DNA of 64,000 bases from Candidatus Dojkabacteria bacterium (lineage in GTDB: Bacteria > Patescibacteriota > Dojkabacteria > SC72). The notes under the pieces were generated by a model. The model was given only the letters and a program-made list of their open reading frames with translations, did no database searches and was not told the origin of the DNA. The stretch lies in the NCBI GenBank assembly GCA_050950145.1, contig JBMNHB010000001.1:684820-748819 (forward strand), written 5' to 3'. The position numbers and the translations under genes were made by a program. Below, piece by piece: positions 1 through 10,235 of this stretch; positions within the stretch are counted from its first letter, which is position 1, and each line of letters opens with the position of its first letter.

Positions 1-705
1 CCTCTACCAATACAGTTTTTCCAACACCTGCCTCTCCTACAATCACCGCATTATTTTTCCTTCTTCTACTCAAAATACTCTCTAACTGATCTAGCTCCTT
101 CTCTCTTTCCAAAACAGGATCAAGCCTACCCTCTCTTGCTAATTCAACAAGATCTGTTCCTAGAAAATCTACTAAACCCATATTCTCTTGTTCCATCGCG
201 GGATCCCAAGGTTTACTTAGAACCCCAATCGGATATATTGCAATACGATTTAGTGCGGCCTTAAATATGTCATATGTAAGACCAATATCCTTTAATTTTC
301 TAAATTCTGGAAGATCTGCCTCAAAAAGTGCAAAGACTACATGCTCTGTACCAACATATACATGCCCAGCTTTCCGTGCAATGTAAAATGCCCTATTAAG
401 CACCTCCTTGGTATCATTAGAAAGCTCCATTTCTATTGGTCTACTAGCATTTCCAGTAATCTCTAAACTTTTTTTACCCAATAGCTTTTCAAATATATCA
501 GAGGTATTTACACCTGTTTCACTGATAGCTTTTCTCGCTATACATTCATCATTTAGAACAATACCAGCAAAGAGAGAAACCGGTGAAACTTTCTTCTCCT
601 TCAGAAATTCTGAGACAAAAGATGCAAGCCTCACAGAGGTCACAAGATTTTTACTCAATCTTGAAAGAAATGTATTCTTCTCTTTTTTCCTTTTTGTATC
701 AAGCA
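1..705 (-). CDS. Clp-family AAA+ chaperone ATPase, N-terminal part (ClpC/ClpB-like). The gene is truncated by the window start. Not on the ORF track because it runs off the edge.
   Basis: Manual minus-strand translation from ATG at about 703-705 gives MLDTKRKK...GRLDPVLEREKELDQLESILSRRRKNNAVIVGEAGVGKTVLVE. This shows two Clp_N-like repeats followed by the AAA+ Walker A in the context typical of ClpB/ClpC. Confidence 0.75.
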
Positions 706-734
706 TTTCTAATTATACTACAATGGGGCAGGAA

Positions 735-2018
735 TTATTTTTTCTCTCCAAGTTCCTCCTCTATTGCAGTGTCAACTGCTGATGCTAACTCTTCCTCGGT
801 AATCTCCACCTTTGGTTCTTCTTTCTTTTCCTCTGTAGATTTAGTTACACCAGACTTAGCAGCCTTAAGACTTAAGCCTAAATGTCTCTCTGTTGAAGAG
901 ATTGAAAGAATTTTAACATCTACTTCATCACCAACCTTTACAATATCTGCAGGATCTTTGACTAACTTGTCTGAAAGTTCTGAAATATGGATTAATCCAT
1001 TTAATCCTTCTGCAATTCTTACAAATGCACCATATGGAACAACTTTCTGAACTTTACCTTTAACAATATCACCAATCTTGTATTTAGCAATTGCCTCTGC
1101 CCATGGATCTTTAAGTAATCTCTTAATACTGTAAGCTACTCTCTTACCACCATCTGAAACTCCAATTACCATTACATTAACCTTGCTACCAACACCATAC
1201 AAACTACCAATATCCTCAACCTTGTCCCATGAAAGTTCTGAAAGGTGAACTAATCCCTCAAGACCTTCTGCATTTACAAACACACCAAATGGAGTAATAC
1301 CACTGACTGTACCTTCTAAAACATCTCCTTCCTTTACCTTGTTTAATGTCTTCTCTCTCTGTTCCAAATCTCTTGATTGTGTAACCATCTTCTCAGAGAG
1401 AATAATTCTGTTCTTCTCTCTATCTAACTCAATTATTCTTGTCTGAATCTTGTCTCCTACCAATGAGTTTAATCTCTTCTGTACTTTAGATGAGATATCC
1501 TTTCCTACCTGTCTAATACCATCTAAATATACTCTAGATGCGTCTAACTGTGATGTTGGAATGAAACCTCTAATATCCTTTCCAATCTCAACAATTAATC
1601 CACCGTTATTTGCCTCAACAACAACTGTATCAACTACATCATTATCCTTCTTTGCCTTCTCTAGTGTTAACCATGTACTTGCCTGTTGTGTTCTTCTAAT
1701 GGAAAGAATTAACTGACCTTCATCATCTTCTGGTTTAACAACATATACTAATATCTTGTCGCCAGGTTTTAGGTCTCTCCAATCTAATGTCTCACTCTTT
1801 AACTCTCTTCCTGCAACAATACCTTCTGATTTGTAACCGATATCAACGATTACCATTCCTTCTCTCACATCAACTACATCTCCTTCAACAATATCACCTC
1901 TGTTAAAGGTTTTAACTTGATTATCTTTATCTGAGAGGAAACTATCAATCTGTGAATACAGATCTTTTTTATCTATTTTTTCTGTTGCTTTTTTTGCAAC
2001 TTTTTTTGTATCTGCCAT
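735..2018 (-). CDS. rpsA: 30S ribosomal protein S1
   Basis: 427-aa ORF with four repeated S1 RNA-binding domains (GDIVEGDVVDV..., GDKILVYVV..., GDVLEGTVSGIT..., GDIVKGKVQKVV...) and an acidic C-terminal tail. Confidence 0.9.
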   Translation of the reverse strand: MADTKKVAKKATEKIDKKDLYSQIDSFLSDKDNQVKTFNRGDIVEGDVVDVREGMVIVDIGYKSEGIVAGRELKSETLDWRDLKPGDKILVYVVKPEDDEGQLILSIRRTQQASTWLTLEKAKKDNDVVDTVVVEANNGGLIVEIGKDIRGFIPTSQLDASRVYLDGIRQVGKDISSKVQKRLNSLVGDKIQTRIIELDREKNRIILSEKMVTQSRDLEQREKTLNKVKEGDVLEGTVSGITPFGVFVNAEGLEGLVHLSELSWDKVEDIGSLYGVGSKVNVMVIGVSDGGKRVAYSIKRLLKDPWAEAIAKYKIGDIVKGKVQKVVPYGAFVRIAEGLNGLIHISELSDKLVKDPADIVKVGDEVDVKILSISSTERHLGLSLKAAKSGVTKSTEEKKEEPKVEITEEELASAVDTAIEEELGEKK

Positions 2019-2138
2019 AGGGTTTATCCTTTGGTGATGTCTTCTTGTTAGCTAGATAGACATACAACTAATATTATTTGCTAACAGTGAGGAGTATATC
2101 ACAATATATATATTGAGACAATATATAATGAAAATATT

Positions 2139-3977
2139 TTAAGACCCACCAACAGAGAGGATTTTGATAAAACCATCTAAACCATTATCTATATGCACCC
2201 TAGGAATCATAAACTTGCTAGAAGTAGAAATATCAATACTTCTTCCACAAGAGAAACCTGCTACATACCCACCACCCTGAACAATTGGAAATGCCCTATC
2301 ATCTGCAACACACCCTGGATATGCAATACCTGTAACACTCTTTCCTGTAATTGATTCTAAAACACTTTTACTCCCAACAATCTCTGCACTAAGCTCTTCT
2401 GTAGATACTTTTGTTAAATCTGGATGTGTTTTTGAATGTGATTCTATACCCATACCGTTATTCGCCATCTCTTTTAGTTGTTGATGGGCAATGTAAGACC
2501 TATTTGATATGACAAAAAATACTCCTGTTTGACCGTATTTCTTAAGAATGGGATATGCCTGTGTATAGTGGGATTTTAATCCATCATCAAATGTTATCAT
2601 AACTGTTTTCTGTTCTGGATTTTTACCAGACGAAAGTATGGTATTAAACTCCGGTATATTTACCGTCTTGTAGTTTTTCTTTGTCAGATATGCAACCTGT
2701 TTTTCAAATTCTAATGGACTCACATACAACCCTGCTACAAACTTATTCGTACTACTAGTCGTATCAATATGGTGATACATCAATATTGGTAATCGTATCC
2801 TACCACGAACAAAGGCTGACCTTGGATAATCATATGCTTCATCAAAATTACTATCTAACACTTCAGGAACAAGAGTCTTTTCTTCAATATATGGTGATAC
2901 AGTAAGAATGTTTTGATCTTTTACTTTAATACTTTTTAGCAAAAACTTAGGATTCTCTGGATTATAATCCAATGCCGATAGTATACCCTTTATCTCTAAA
3001 ACATCATTATCCTCACCTGCATTCTGCTTCTCTGTATACTCCTTAATATATGTCAGCTGTTTCCCTAACTCTGTTATATCAGCAATATCAATATTTTGAT
3101 CTGAAAGATTTTTAATTAAATATTCCGTAGAGTTAATTAGTTCTTCCAACAATACTAAATCCACATCAGAGTAAACTTGAGATTCAATACTACTGTTATC
3201 ATCATTCTGAATACTTACATCTGTCTTCCCAACCACTTCTACATCATTCTCACTCAGCAAATTAGAAACTTTATCCAAAACATCCTCTCCTTTACTATCA
3301 GTCAAAAAACTATTGATGCCAATATAACTGTTTAGAGCATCAATTCGTTGTAGATTATTAGATGGTTGTATATCTTTCTGCCTTAGCAAATCTATACACT
3401 CCTCATACTTATCCTCAACTAACAAAGATTTACATTCATTTACAGTATCTGGCATCTCCTTTAATTTCCTATTATTTAATTCCTCTAGCAACTCCTTCTG
3501 TAAATTATTCTCTATCATATTTAACTTAAACCTCTGCATTACACCTTTGTAGTAAAGAGAAACTATTTGATTTGTTAAAAGAATTGGTGTTTTACTAGTA
3601 GATAGTTTTGATATTGCATTCTTAAATGTATCCTCTTCACTTCCATCTTCTACAATAGTTTGTCCATATCTAAGAAGTTGTACCCTATTCTTCTGAGATA
3701 TATTAAACTTGTTGCTCTCTACCACATCCATATAGTTACTTGGAAATATCTCTAATTCTTTTGTGGAATCACTTTCATTTACCTTCTCCTCTATCTGTTT
3801 TGGGATGTAATTTGAATATTCTAACTTAGGTCTGTTACTGCCATATTGTAATTGATTCATATTAGGTATATGGCTTCTAAAAACAAAGAAAGAGATTATT
3901 AGGAGTAAAACAACTATGGGTAAAACGACTATCCCCTTTATATTCAACTTTCTACTACCTACATCTTCCTTTTGCAT
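2139..3977 (-). CDS. Membrane-anchored protein with a C-terminal polysaccharide deacetylase (NodB-like) domain
   Basis: N-terminal transmembrane segment (IVVLPIVVLLLIISFFVF). C-terminal region has MITFDDGLKSHYTQAYPILKKYGQTGVFFV, typical of the NodB/CE4 deacetylase fold. The central roughly 380 aa has no recognisable function. Confidence 0.6.
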   Translation of the reverse strand: MQKEDVGSRKLNIKGIVVLPIVVLLLIISFFVFRSHIPNMNQLQYGSNRPKLEYSNYIPKQIEEKVNESDSTKELEIFPSNYMDVVESNKFNISQKNRVQLLRYGQTIVEDGSEEDTFKNAISKLSTSKTPILLTNQIVSLYYKGVMQRFKLNMIENNLQKELLEELNNRKLKEMPDTVNECKSLLVEDKYEECIDLLRQKDIQPSNNLQRIDALNSYIGINSFLTDSKGEDVLDKVSNLLSENDVEVVGKTDVSIQNDDNSSIESQVYSDVDLVLLEELINSTEYLIKNLSDQNIDIADITELGKQLTYIKEYTEKQNAGEDNDVLEIKGILSALDYNPENPKFLLKSIKVKDQNILTVSPYIEEKTLVPEVLDSNFDEAYDYPRSAFVRGRIRLPILMYHHIDTTSSTNKFVAGLYVSPLEFEKQVAYLTKKNYKTVNIPEFNTILSSGKNPEQKTVMITFDDGLKSHYTQAYPILKKYGQTGVFFVISNRSYIAHQQLKEMANNGMGIESHSKTHPDLTKVSTEELSAEIVGSKSVLESITGKSVTGIAYPGCVADDRAFPIVQGGGYVAGFSCGRSIDISTSSKFMIPRVHIDNGLDGFIKILSVGGS

Positions 3978-4060
3978 ATGATAATTGTATTACGAATTTA
4001 GAAAAAAAAGAAGATGCAAGACCTAGGTCTGCCAAACAGATAGATATTGTAGATTTAAGC

Positions 4061-4089
4061 TTGACTAATCTATCTTTTTCGCTACAATA
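4061..4089 (+). promoter_or_regulatory. Putative sigma70-type promoter for the giant adhesin gene (TTGACT, 17-nt spacer, TACAAT)
   Basis: TTGACT at about 4061-4066 and TACAAT at about 4084-4089, roughly 155 nt upstream of the ATG at 4246. Confidence 0.4.
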
Positions 4090-4245
4090 TAATATATCAT
4101 GAGAATAAATTAAAACTGTCCTGTAAATGTTCAAAAAAATAGCACTTACAATACTCATTACTGTCTTAATTACACTATTCTCCCCTATTCTTAACTCTAA
4201 GATAAATTTCAATACACTTGCATATAATAGTATGGACATATAACT

Positions 4246-7200
4246 ATGATTAAAAAAACTGCTAAAAACTCACATATAAAGAAAATTCTCTTTATCCTAA
4301 CTACCCTTTTATTAGTTATTGGTTTTACAGCCTTTTTGGTTAAGGACAAAGGTTTTAAGACTCTCGCCTACTCTTCTGATCTATTTGTTACAAGATGGCA
4401 AACTAATGTTCCTGGAGCAACTGACCCAACTAAAGTCACTTTAAGATTTTTGAAAGTAGCTACAGATACCTATGAAGTCTCTTGGAATTGTGACGACAAT
4501 TACGAACTGTTTTACACTAGCTTAGCTACACATAATTATCCAACAGCAGGTACATATGATGTTTGTGTTAGATCTACTAGACCACTTCGTTTTTATGCTC
4601 CTGATTTAGCTGATGATGAAAAAGCTAAACTCCTAGAGATTAAACAATGGGGTACTATCCCATGGTCAAGTTTTATGTCTGCTTTCAAGGACATGAAAAA
4701 CATGCAACTAACTGCTACTGATACTCCTGATTTATCAAATGTTACAGATATGTCCTATGCTTTTAATGGCGCTACTGCTTTTACTGGCCATAGTTCAATG
4801 AATAACTGGAACACTAGCAATATTAAGAATATGTCGTACATGTTTTATGGCGCTACTTCATTTAATCAATACATTGGTAACTGGAACACAGGAAATGTCA
4901 CAAGTATGTTATACATGTTTAATGCGGCTACTAATTTCAATAATGGTGAAGCATCTGGTGCAAGTAATAACACCATGAACTGGAACACTCAAAATGTTCT
5001 AAATATGGCATATATGTTTTATGGCGCTAAAGCATTTAACCAAAAAATTGGTTCTTGGGATACTAATAATGTTACCAGTATTATTGGTATGTTCTTTAAT
5101 GCCAGCACATTTAATCAATATATTGGGAATTGGCAAACTGGGAAAGTTACCAGTATGACATACATGTTTAGTGGAGCTGTTGCATTTAATAATGGCGACG
5201 CTCCGGGTGCCAGCAGTAAGCCCTTAAATTGGGACACCTCCAAAGTTACTTTTATGAACAATATGTTTAGTAGTGCCACCTCATTCAATCAATATATTGG
5301 CAATTGGAATACAGGGAATGTTACAAGTATGACATTGATGTTTTACAATGCTAAAACATTTAATCAAGATATTGGCTCCTGGGACACTAGTAAGGTTAAG
5401 AATATGTCCAATGTATTTTATAATGCTACAGCATTTAATCAGTATATTGGTAATTGGCAAACTGGTGAAGTTACTAATATGGCAAGTATGTTTAATGGTG
5501 CAACCAATTTTAACAATGGTGATGTGCCAGGCGGAAGTAGCAAACCTCTAAACTGGAATACAGTCAATGTCACTGATATGTCGTTTATGTTTGTAGCAAA
5601 GAACTTTAATCAGCCAATTGGTCATTGGAATACAAAAAATGTAAATAATATGGCACATATGTTTAGAGGTGCTAGTCAATTCAATCAATATATTGGCAAT
5701 TGGAATACAGGGAATGTTAACAATATGGAAAAAATGTTTGAATCTGCCCCAGCCTTTAATAATGGTGCTCAGCCTGGTGACAGTAGTAAGCTTCTAAATT
5801 GGAACACTGCAAAAGTTACTAATATGTCATCTATGTTCAATGGCGCAACTACCTTTAATCAAAATATTAGCAATTTTAATATTCCTGTCCTCACTCAAGC
5901 AACTAATATGCTAAACAATTCTGGGATGAGTACACCTAAGTATGATGCTCTGTTAAACAGTTGGAGCCAGCAAACCGTTAAACCAAATGTGGCTTTGGGT
6001 GCTGTAGGTATCTACTACTGTACTGCCAAACCAGCTAGAGATATCCTAACAGGTGCCCCCAATAACTGGACTATTACAGATGGAGGACAAAATTGCCCTC
6101 CACAAAACCTCACTCTATCTAACACAGAGGTTAATGAAAATTCAACAGAGGTAGGAACTATTACAGCAACCGATGACAATCTCCCCATTATCTACACCCT
6201 TGTAGTTGGACAAGGCGATGAAGATAATTCAAAATTTGCACTTAATACTACTACTGGATATCTAACTTTCCTAGAAGCTCCAGATTATGAAAACCCTACA
6301 GACTTAGGTGACACACCTAATAACAACACCTACTCTATTAGAGTAAGAGCTACTGATAACACTGCACAATACTCTGAAACTATCTTCATCATCACAGTCA
6401 AAGACATTGATGATGTGCCACCCATCATTACCATTACTGCACCAACTAAGATGGCAAAAGGACCTATCACCGACACCACATTTACTGTAAGTGATCGTTT
6501 CTCAATCGCTTCTGTAGAAGTAGATACATCAAGTGTTGCTTCTGCTGACAGTATTGTGTGTACACCTCCTTTCCCATATGTAAATCCCGCACCTAGTCCA
6601 GAGAATCATATAACGCTAAACTGTACTATTAGGATTTTAAGCTCTGGTAAACTAGTACTGAAAGCTACCGATAACAATGGTAACAGCACTACAGCTACAG
6701 AAGAAGGATATGTCATTGACACACTAGGTCCTACATTTAGTGTAGCTAATGTTGATACAACAATAAATGGTTTACATAACCCAGTTGTCTCATTTGAAGC
6801 TCATGACCCAGTAGGTGTACAGAAATATGAAATCATCTTTATCCAAGACAACAACGGTCCTGGTATTTCTCCTAATCAAACCATAGAAACAGTCCAATAC
6901 ACTGGGGGTGTACAACAATTAACAATTAGCCTAGATCCTCATGAGGCTTCTCATGTAGTTGAAATAAAGGCATACGACAACACTGGTAATACAACATCAA
7001 GAAGAATTACATTTCCACCTGTGGTAACAATCAATGCACCAACCATAATTAGCAATCAACCAATTGACGATACCACAGTAACAATTACTTCACCTGTTAA
7101 TGGCAATCTAATTGACCATATTGTAATCTCTGGTTCTGCTTCTGCTGGGGTAACACTAGGTACATGTACAGATAAAAATAACAATACAACTGCACCATAC

Positions 7201-9396
7201 AACACCACTGTAACCTGTGAGATACATGGCATCCAAGCAACAGGTATGGTTGCCATTCAGGCTCAAGATATAACAAGTGGAGCTATTGGTAGTAACCTAC
7301 AGAAATACTTCTACGACACCTCTGCTCCAAATATCATTATCACTGCACCTACCAAAATTAAAAATGACAATATTACAGATGTCACAATTGCGGTTACTGA
7401 TAATATTGATCTCTTTTCTAATAGTGTAACAATAGACACATCTACAACAGCTGGATACAACAATCTAGTATGCAATACTGATGAAAATGACAAGTCAATA
7501 GTGAACTGTACCTTAACAATCACAAGCTCAGGTAATTTAGTCATTAAAGCTACAGACAAAGCTGGTAACTTTTCTACAGCTATAGAAAGTAATTTCATCA
7601 TTGATAGAACAGCACCAGTAGTAACAATAGATACTCCTGTAGCGGTCAATTACAACAATCAAGTCAACTACACCCTATCAGGAACATGTACAGCTGGTGA
7701 TAATGACTTGATTGTTACCATAGGTATACAACCATATGTTGCAATATGTGGTGTAGATGAAACATGGAGTTTACTCGTAGATCTCTCCTCATATACTGAT
7801 GGAGAGATTGTAGTATCTGTAAAACAAACAGATACCGTAGGAAACCAAACAACTGAAGGGGCAACATTACAAAAAGATACTATTCCTCTTGTAGTTATCA
7901 TTAACCAAACAGCAATACAGCATGACCCTACTAATACCCAACCTATTAGGTTTACTATAATCTTCTCTGAATCAATAAAGGAAGATACATTTACAAAGGA
8001 GGATATCAATGTAACTGGAAGTACTACTTACCAGAAAGGTAATATTACAAAGATAAGTGATATTGAGTATGAGTTTGAAATCACAAATCTAACAGATGGT
8101 GATACTGTAACCGTTGATATACCTGCAGGTGTATGTACAGATCTGGCTGGTAATAATAATCTCGTATCAACTTCTATAGACAACTCAGTTACATATGATG
8201 TCACCTCTCCAACAGTTACAGTAAACCAAGCTATTGATCAAGCAGACCCTACTAATATTAACTCTGCTAAATACACAATCATATTCTCAGAACCAATTAA
8301 GGAAGATACATTTACAAAAGATGATTTAGTAATATCTGGAAGTAATACTGCTACAGTATCACAATTATCAAAAGTAAATGACACAACATATACCGCAACT
8401 GTAGTTAATATGGTATCAGGAGAAACAATATCACTCACCCTACCAGCTGACAAAGTTCAAGACCTTGCTGGAAACAAAAATAGTATATCAACCAGTAATG
8501 ATAACTCTGTAACATATGACAATACTGCACCTACTGTAACTATCAATCAATCTTCAACTCAAGCAGACCCAACAAATATTAACTCTGTTAAATACACAGT
8601 TATCTTCTCAGAACCAATCAAAGAAGATTCATTTACTAATGAAGATATATTAATTTCAGGAAGTAGTACTGCTAAAGTAAAAAGTATTACAAAGATAAAT
8701 GATACAGAGTATGAAGTTGAAATTGAACAATTAACAGATGGTGATACAGTAATAGCAACAATTCCTGCTGATGTATTAACTGATTTAGCTGGAAACAAGA
8801 ATATTGCATCTACCTCTACTGATAGCAGTGTTACATATGCTGTAGAGGGAGAAGAAGAGGAAGATGATGAAACACCTCCTACCCAAGAACCAGAGACACC
8901 AACAACTCCATTAGATTCAAAACCAGCTGTAAAACCAAAGAATCCATTTGATAAATATATTAACCCTGTGATAGAACAAGAAGAGACTACTACTCCAACA
9001 AAAGAAGATTCATCAGATAGAACTAGCAAAACTACTCCACCTACTCAATCTAAGAGTTTAAGAATAAAGGTATATAATGAGTCTAGAGAACCTATCAAAG
9101 GTGTAACTGTTGAAATACATTCTGATGTTAGAACAGGAATTACTGATGAGCATGGAGAAGTATATTTTGAAAATCTAGAAACAGGTTTACATACCATGAT
9201 TATCTCGTATAATGGATATAGAGCGGAGAAAGAGATTAAGCTCATTAATAATGGAGAAGAAGAGATGGAGATCAATATAAAACTTGAAAAAGTAATAATA
9301 CCTAACTATGTTTACTGGTTAATTGCCTTGATTGTTTTGCTAACAATACTCTTGGGATACAATATATACAAAAGGAAACAGGTAGAGAAGAAATAA
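4246..9396 (+). CDS. Giant cell-surface adhesin-like protein (1716 aa). It has an N-terminal transmembrane or signal segment, about 10 DUF285-type repeats (NWNTxNVTxMxxMF / FNQxIGxW), a cadherin-like domain, multiple Ig-like domains with three tandem D-x-AGN repeats, an acidic Pro/Thr-rich linker, a carboxypeptidase-regulatory-like beta-sandwich and a C-terminal transmembrane anchor.
   Basis: Uninterrupted 5.1-kb ORF. The repeated motif FxGAxxFNQYIGNWNTGNVTSMxYMF matches the DUF285 (Mycoplasma/Listeria-type) repeat. PQNLTLSNTEVNENSTEVGTITATDDN...YSIRVRATDN is cadherin-like. TVDIPAGVCTDLAGNNN / LPADKVQDLAGNKN / IPADVLTDLAGNKN is the Big-type Ig motif. KVYNESREPIKGVTVEIHSD...GLHTMIISYNGY resembles CarboxypepD_reg. 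The C-terminus has YWLIALIVLLTILLGYNIYKRK. Confidence 0.85.
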   Translation: MIKKTAKNSHIKKILFILTTLLLVIGFTAFLVKDKGFKTLAYSSDLFVTRWQTNVPGATDPTKVTLRFLKVATDTYEVSWNCDDNYELFYTSLATHNYPTAGTYDVCVRSTRPLRFYAPDLADDEKAKLLEIKQWGTIPWSSFMSAFKDMKNMQLTATDTPDLSNVTDMSYAFNGATAFTGHSSMNNWNTSNIKNMSYMFYGATSFNQYIGNWNTGNVTSMLYMFNAATNFNNGEASGASNNTMNWNTQNVLNMAYMFYGAKAFNQKIGSWDTNNVTSIIGMFFNASTFNQYIGNWQTGKVTSMTYMFSGAVAFNNGDAPGASSKPLNWDTSKVTFMNNMFSSATSFNQYIGNWNTGNVTSMTLMFYNAKTFNQDIGSWDTSKVKNMSNVFYNATAFNQYIGNWQTGEVTNMASMFNGATNFNNGDVPGGSSKPLNWNTVNVTDMSFMFVAKNFNQPIGHWNTKNVNNMAHMFRGASQFNQYIGNWNTGNVNNMEKMFESAPAFNNGAQPGDSSKLLNWNTAKVTNMSSMFNGATTFNQNISNFNIPVLTQATNMLNNSGMSTPKYDALLNSWSQQTVKPNVALGAVGIYYCTAKPARDILTGAPNNWTITDGGQNCPPQNLTLSNTEVNENSTEVGTITATDDNLPIIYTLVVGQGDEDNSKFALNTTTGYLTFLEAPDYENPTDLGDTPNNNTYSIRVRATDNTAQYSETIFIITVKDIDDVPPIITITAPTKMAKGPITDTTFTVSDRFSIASVEVDTSSVASADSIVCTPPFPYVNPAPSPENHITLNCTIRILSSGKLVLKATDNNGNSTTATEEGYVIDTLGPTFSVANVDTTINGLHNPVVSFEAHDPVGVQKYEIIFIQDNNGPGISPNQTIETVQYTGGVQQLTISLDPHEASHVVEIKAYDNTGNTTSRRITFPPVVTINAPTIISNQPIDDTTVTITSPVNGNLIDHIVISGSASAGVTLGTCTDKNNNTTAPYNTTVTCEIHGIQATGMVAIQAQDITSGAIGSNLQKYFYDTSAPNIIITAPTKIKNDNITDVTIAVTDNIDLFSNSVTIDTSTTAGYNNLVCNTDENDKSIVNCTLTITSSGNLVIKATDKAGNFSTAIESNFIIDRTAPVVTIDTPVAVNYNNQVNYTLSGTCTAGDNDLIVTIGIQPYVAICGVDETWSLLVDLSSYTDGEIVVSVKQTDTVGNQTTEGATLQKDTIPLVVIINQTAIQHDPTNTQPIRFTIIFSESIKEDTFTKEDINVTGSTTYQKGNITKISDIEYEFEITNLTDGDTVTVDIPAGVCTDLAGNNNLVSTSIDNSVTYDVTSPTVTVNQAIDQADPTNINSAKYTIIFSEPIKEDTFTKDDLVISGSNTATVSQLSKVNDTTYTATVVNMVSGETISLTLPADKVQDLAGNKNSISTSNDNSVTYDNTAPTVTINQSSTQADPTNINSVKYTVIFSEPIKEDSFTNEDILISGSSTAKVKSITKINDTEYEVEIEQLTDGDTVIATIPADVLTDLAGNKNIASTSTDSSVTYAVEGEEEEDDETPPTQEPETPTTPLDSKPAVKPKNPFDKYINPVIEQEETTTPTKEDSSDRTSKTTPPTQSKSLRIKVYNESREPIKGVTVEIHSDVRTGITDEHGEVYFENLETGLHTMIISYNGYRAEKEIKLINNGEEEMEINIKLEKVIIPNYVYWLIALIVLLTILLGYNIYKRKQVEKK
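4700..5900. repeat. Intragenic array of about 10 degenerate DUF285 repeat units (about 35-45 aa each) within the adhesin gene
   Basis: Recurring nucleotide and peptide motif aat(t/c)ggaa(c/t)ac... / NWNTxNVxxMxxMFxxAxxFNQxIGxW seen directly in the translation. Confidence 0.6.
7890..8850. repeat. Three tandem repeats of about 315 bp (about 105 aa) encoding Ig-like (Big-type) domains inside the adhesin gene
   Basis: The block DPTN(T/I)...IIFSE(S/P)IKED(T/S)FT(K/N)(E/D)D...TDLAGN(N/K)N...SVTYD appears three times consecutively. The unit boundaries are approximate. Confidence 0.7.
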
Positions 9397-9411
9397 TAGT
9401 ATATTCAGTAA

Positions 9412-10203
9412 CTATCTATTAGCTATTAGCCTTCTTCTATTTTCATCTTGTCTTTCTTTTATAGCAGTATTAATCGCCTTCTTACCTCTTTTAGAAATAT
9501 TTTTAAACTCTTCAATTGTCATAACTTCACTAGGAATATTATCAATTATCTTCTTTACTTCATACCTACCACTCCTACCCATCTCACTAACTATTAGTCT
9601 CAAATACTCCTTTAAATCTTTTTCTTTCCATTTAGCTGAATATCCATATTCGAAAGATGCAATTATCGGTCTATCATCAACTTCAGTGATAAAAGATATA
9701 GATCTCAAAGCAAACTTGCACTCCTTTTCCGCATAACTTTGACTGATTCCAATACCATGATTTCTTTCATTCTCTTCTCTAAAAAATTTTCTACCAATAC
9801 TTGCTTTCCACTCTCCATAATGTTTACTAACCAATACCGGATTATTAAAAGACACTTTAAAGTTCTCTCTTTCCGCAACTATATTCGCACTCGTATACCA
9901 TGTATTAAACATTGTGCTACCTCTCTTTATAATTGGGAAAAAAGTTGTAACAGCACCTGTTTCTTCACCTAGAAACTCAGTATCATATATTTTGTTCTCC
10001 TCTCTCCCACGAACAGAGTACTCATTACTATTTAACATACTCTTTACAATCCCAGACTCTCGGATTGCATCAAAGTATTTAAACTCATCACTATCTACAT
10101 CAAGTTGAGAAGTATTTGAACTACCTCCTAAGTTTCCTACTGACTTTAGTTCAGAATCTAGTTTTGTATCAATTGCCTCTTGTGTAGGTATTTCGTCTGT
10201 CAT
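9412..10203 (-). CDS. Hypothetical protein (263 aa)
   Basis: Long ORF with a coding-like composition. No motif recognised. Confidence 0.5.
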   Translation of the reverse strand: MTDEIPTQEAIDTKLDSELKSVGNLGGSSNTSQLDVDSDEFKYFDAIRESGIVKSMLNSNEYSVRGREENKIYDTEFLGEETGAVTTFFPIIKRGSTMFNTWYTSANIVAERENFKVSFNNPVLVSKHYGEWKASIGRKFFREENERNHGIGISQSYAEKECKFALRSISFITEVDDRPIIASFEYGYSAKWKEKDLKEYLRLIVSEMGRSGRYEVKKIIDNIPSEVMTIEEFKNISKRGKKAINTAIKERQDENRRRLIANR

Positions 10204-10235
10204 TCTGTCTTGTACATAATCTTAACTAAAACATA

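Noticed and set aside
408-1050. Plus-strand ORFs 408..782 and 583..1050
   Set aside because: They overlap the minus-strand Clp ATPase N-terminus and the rpsA 3' end. The proteins are low-complexity and have no motifs.
3955-4239. 94-aa minus-strand ORF in the divergent intergenic region
   Set aside because: It overlaps the deacetylase start, the palindromic repeat and the adhesin promoter. It has no ribosome-binding site or motifs and is likely non-coding.
7056-9275. Several minus-strand ORFs of 66-156 aa antisense to the giant adhesin gene
   Set aside because: They are fully embedded in a 5.1-kb ORF that has clear domain content. The repeats produce long open antisense frames by chance.
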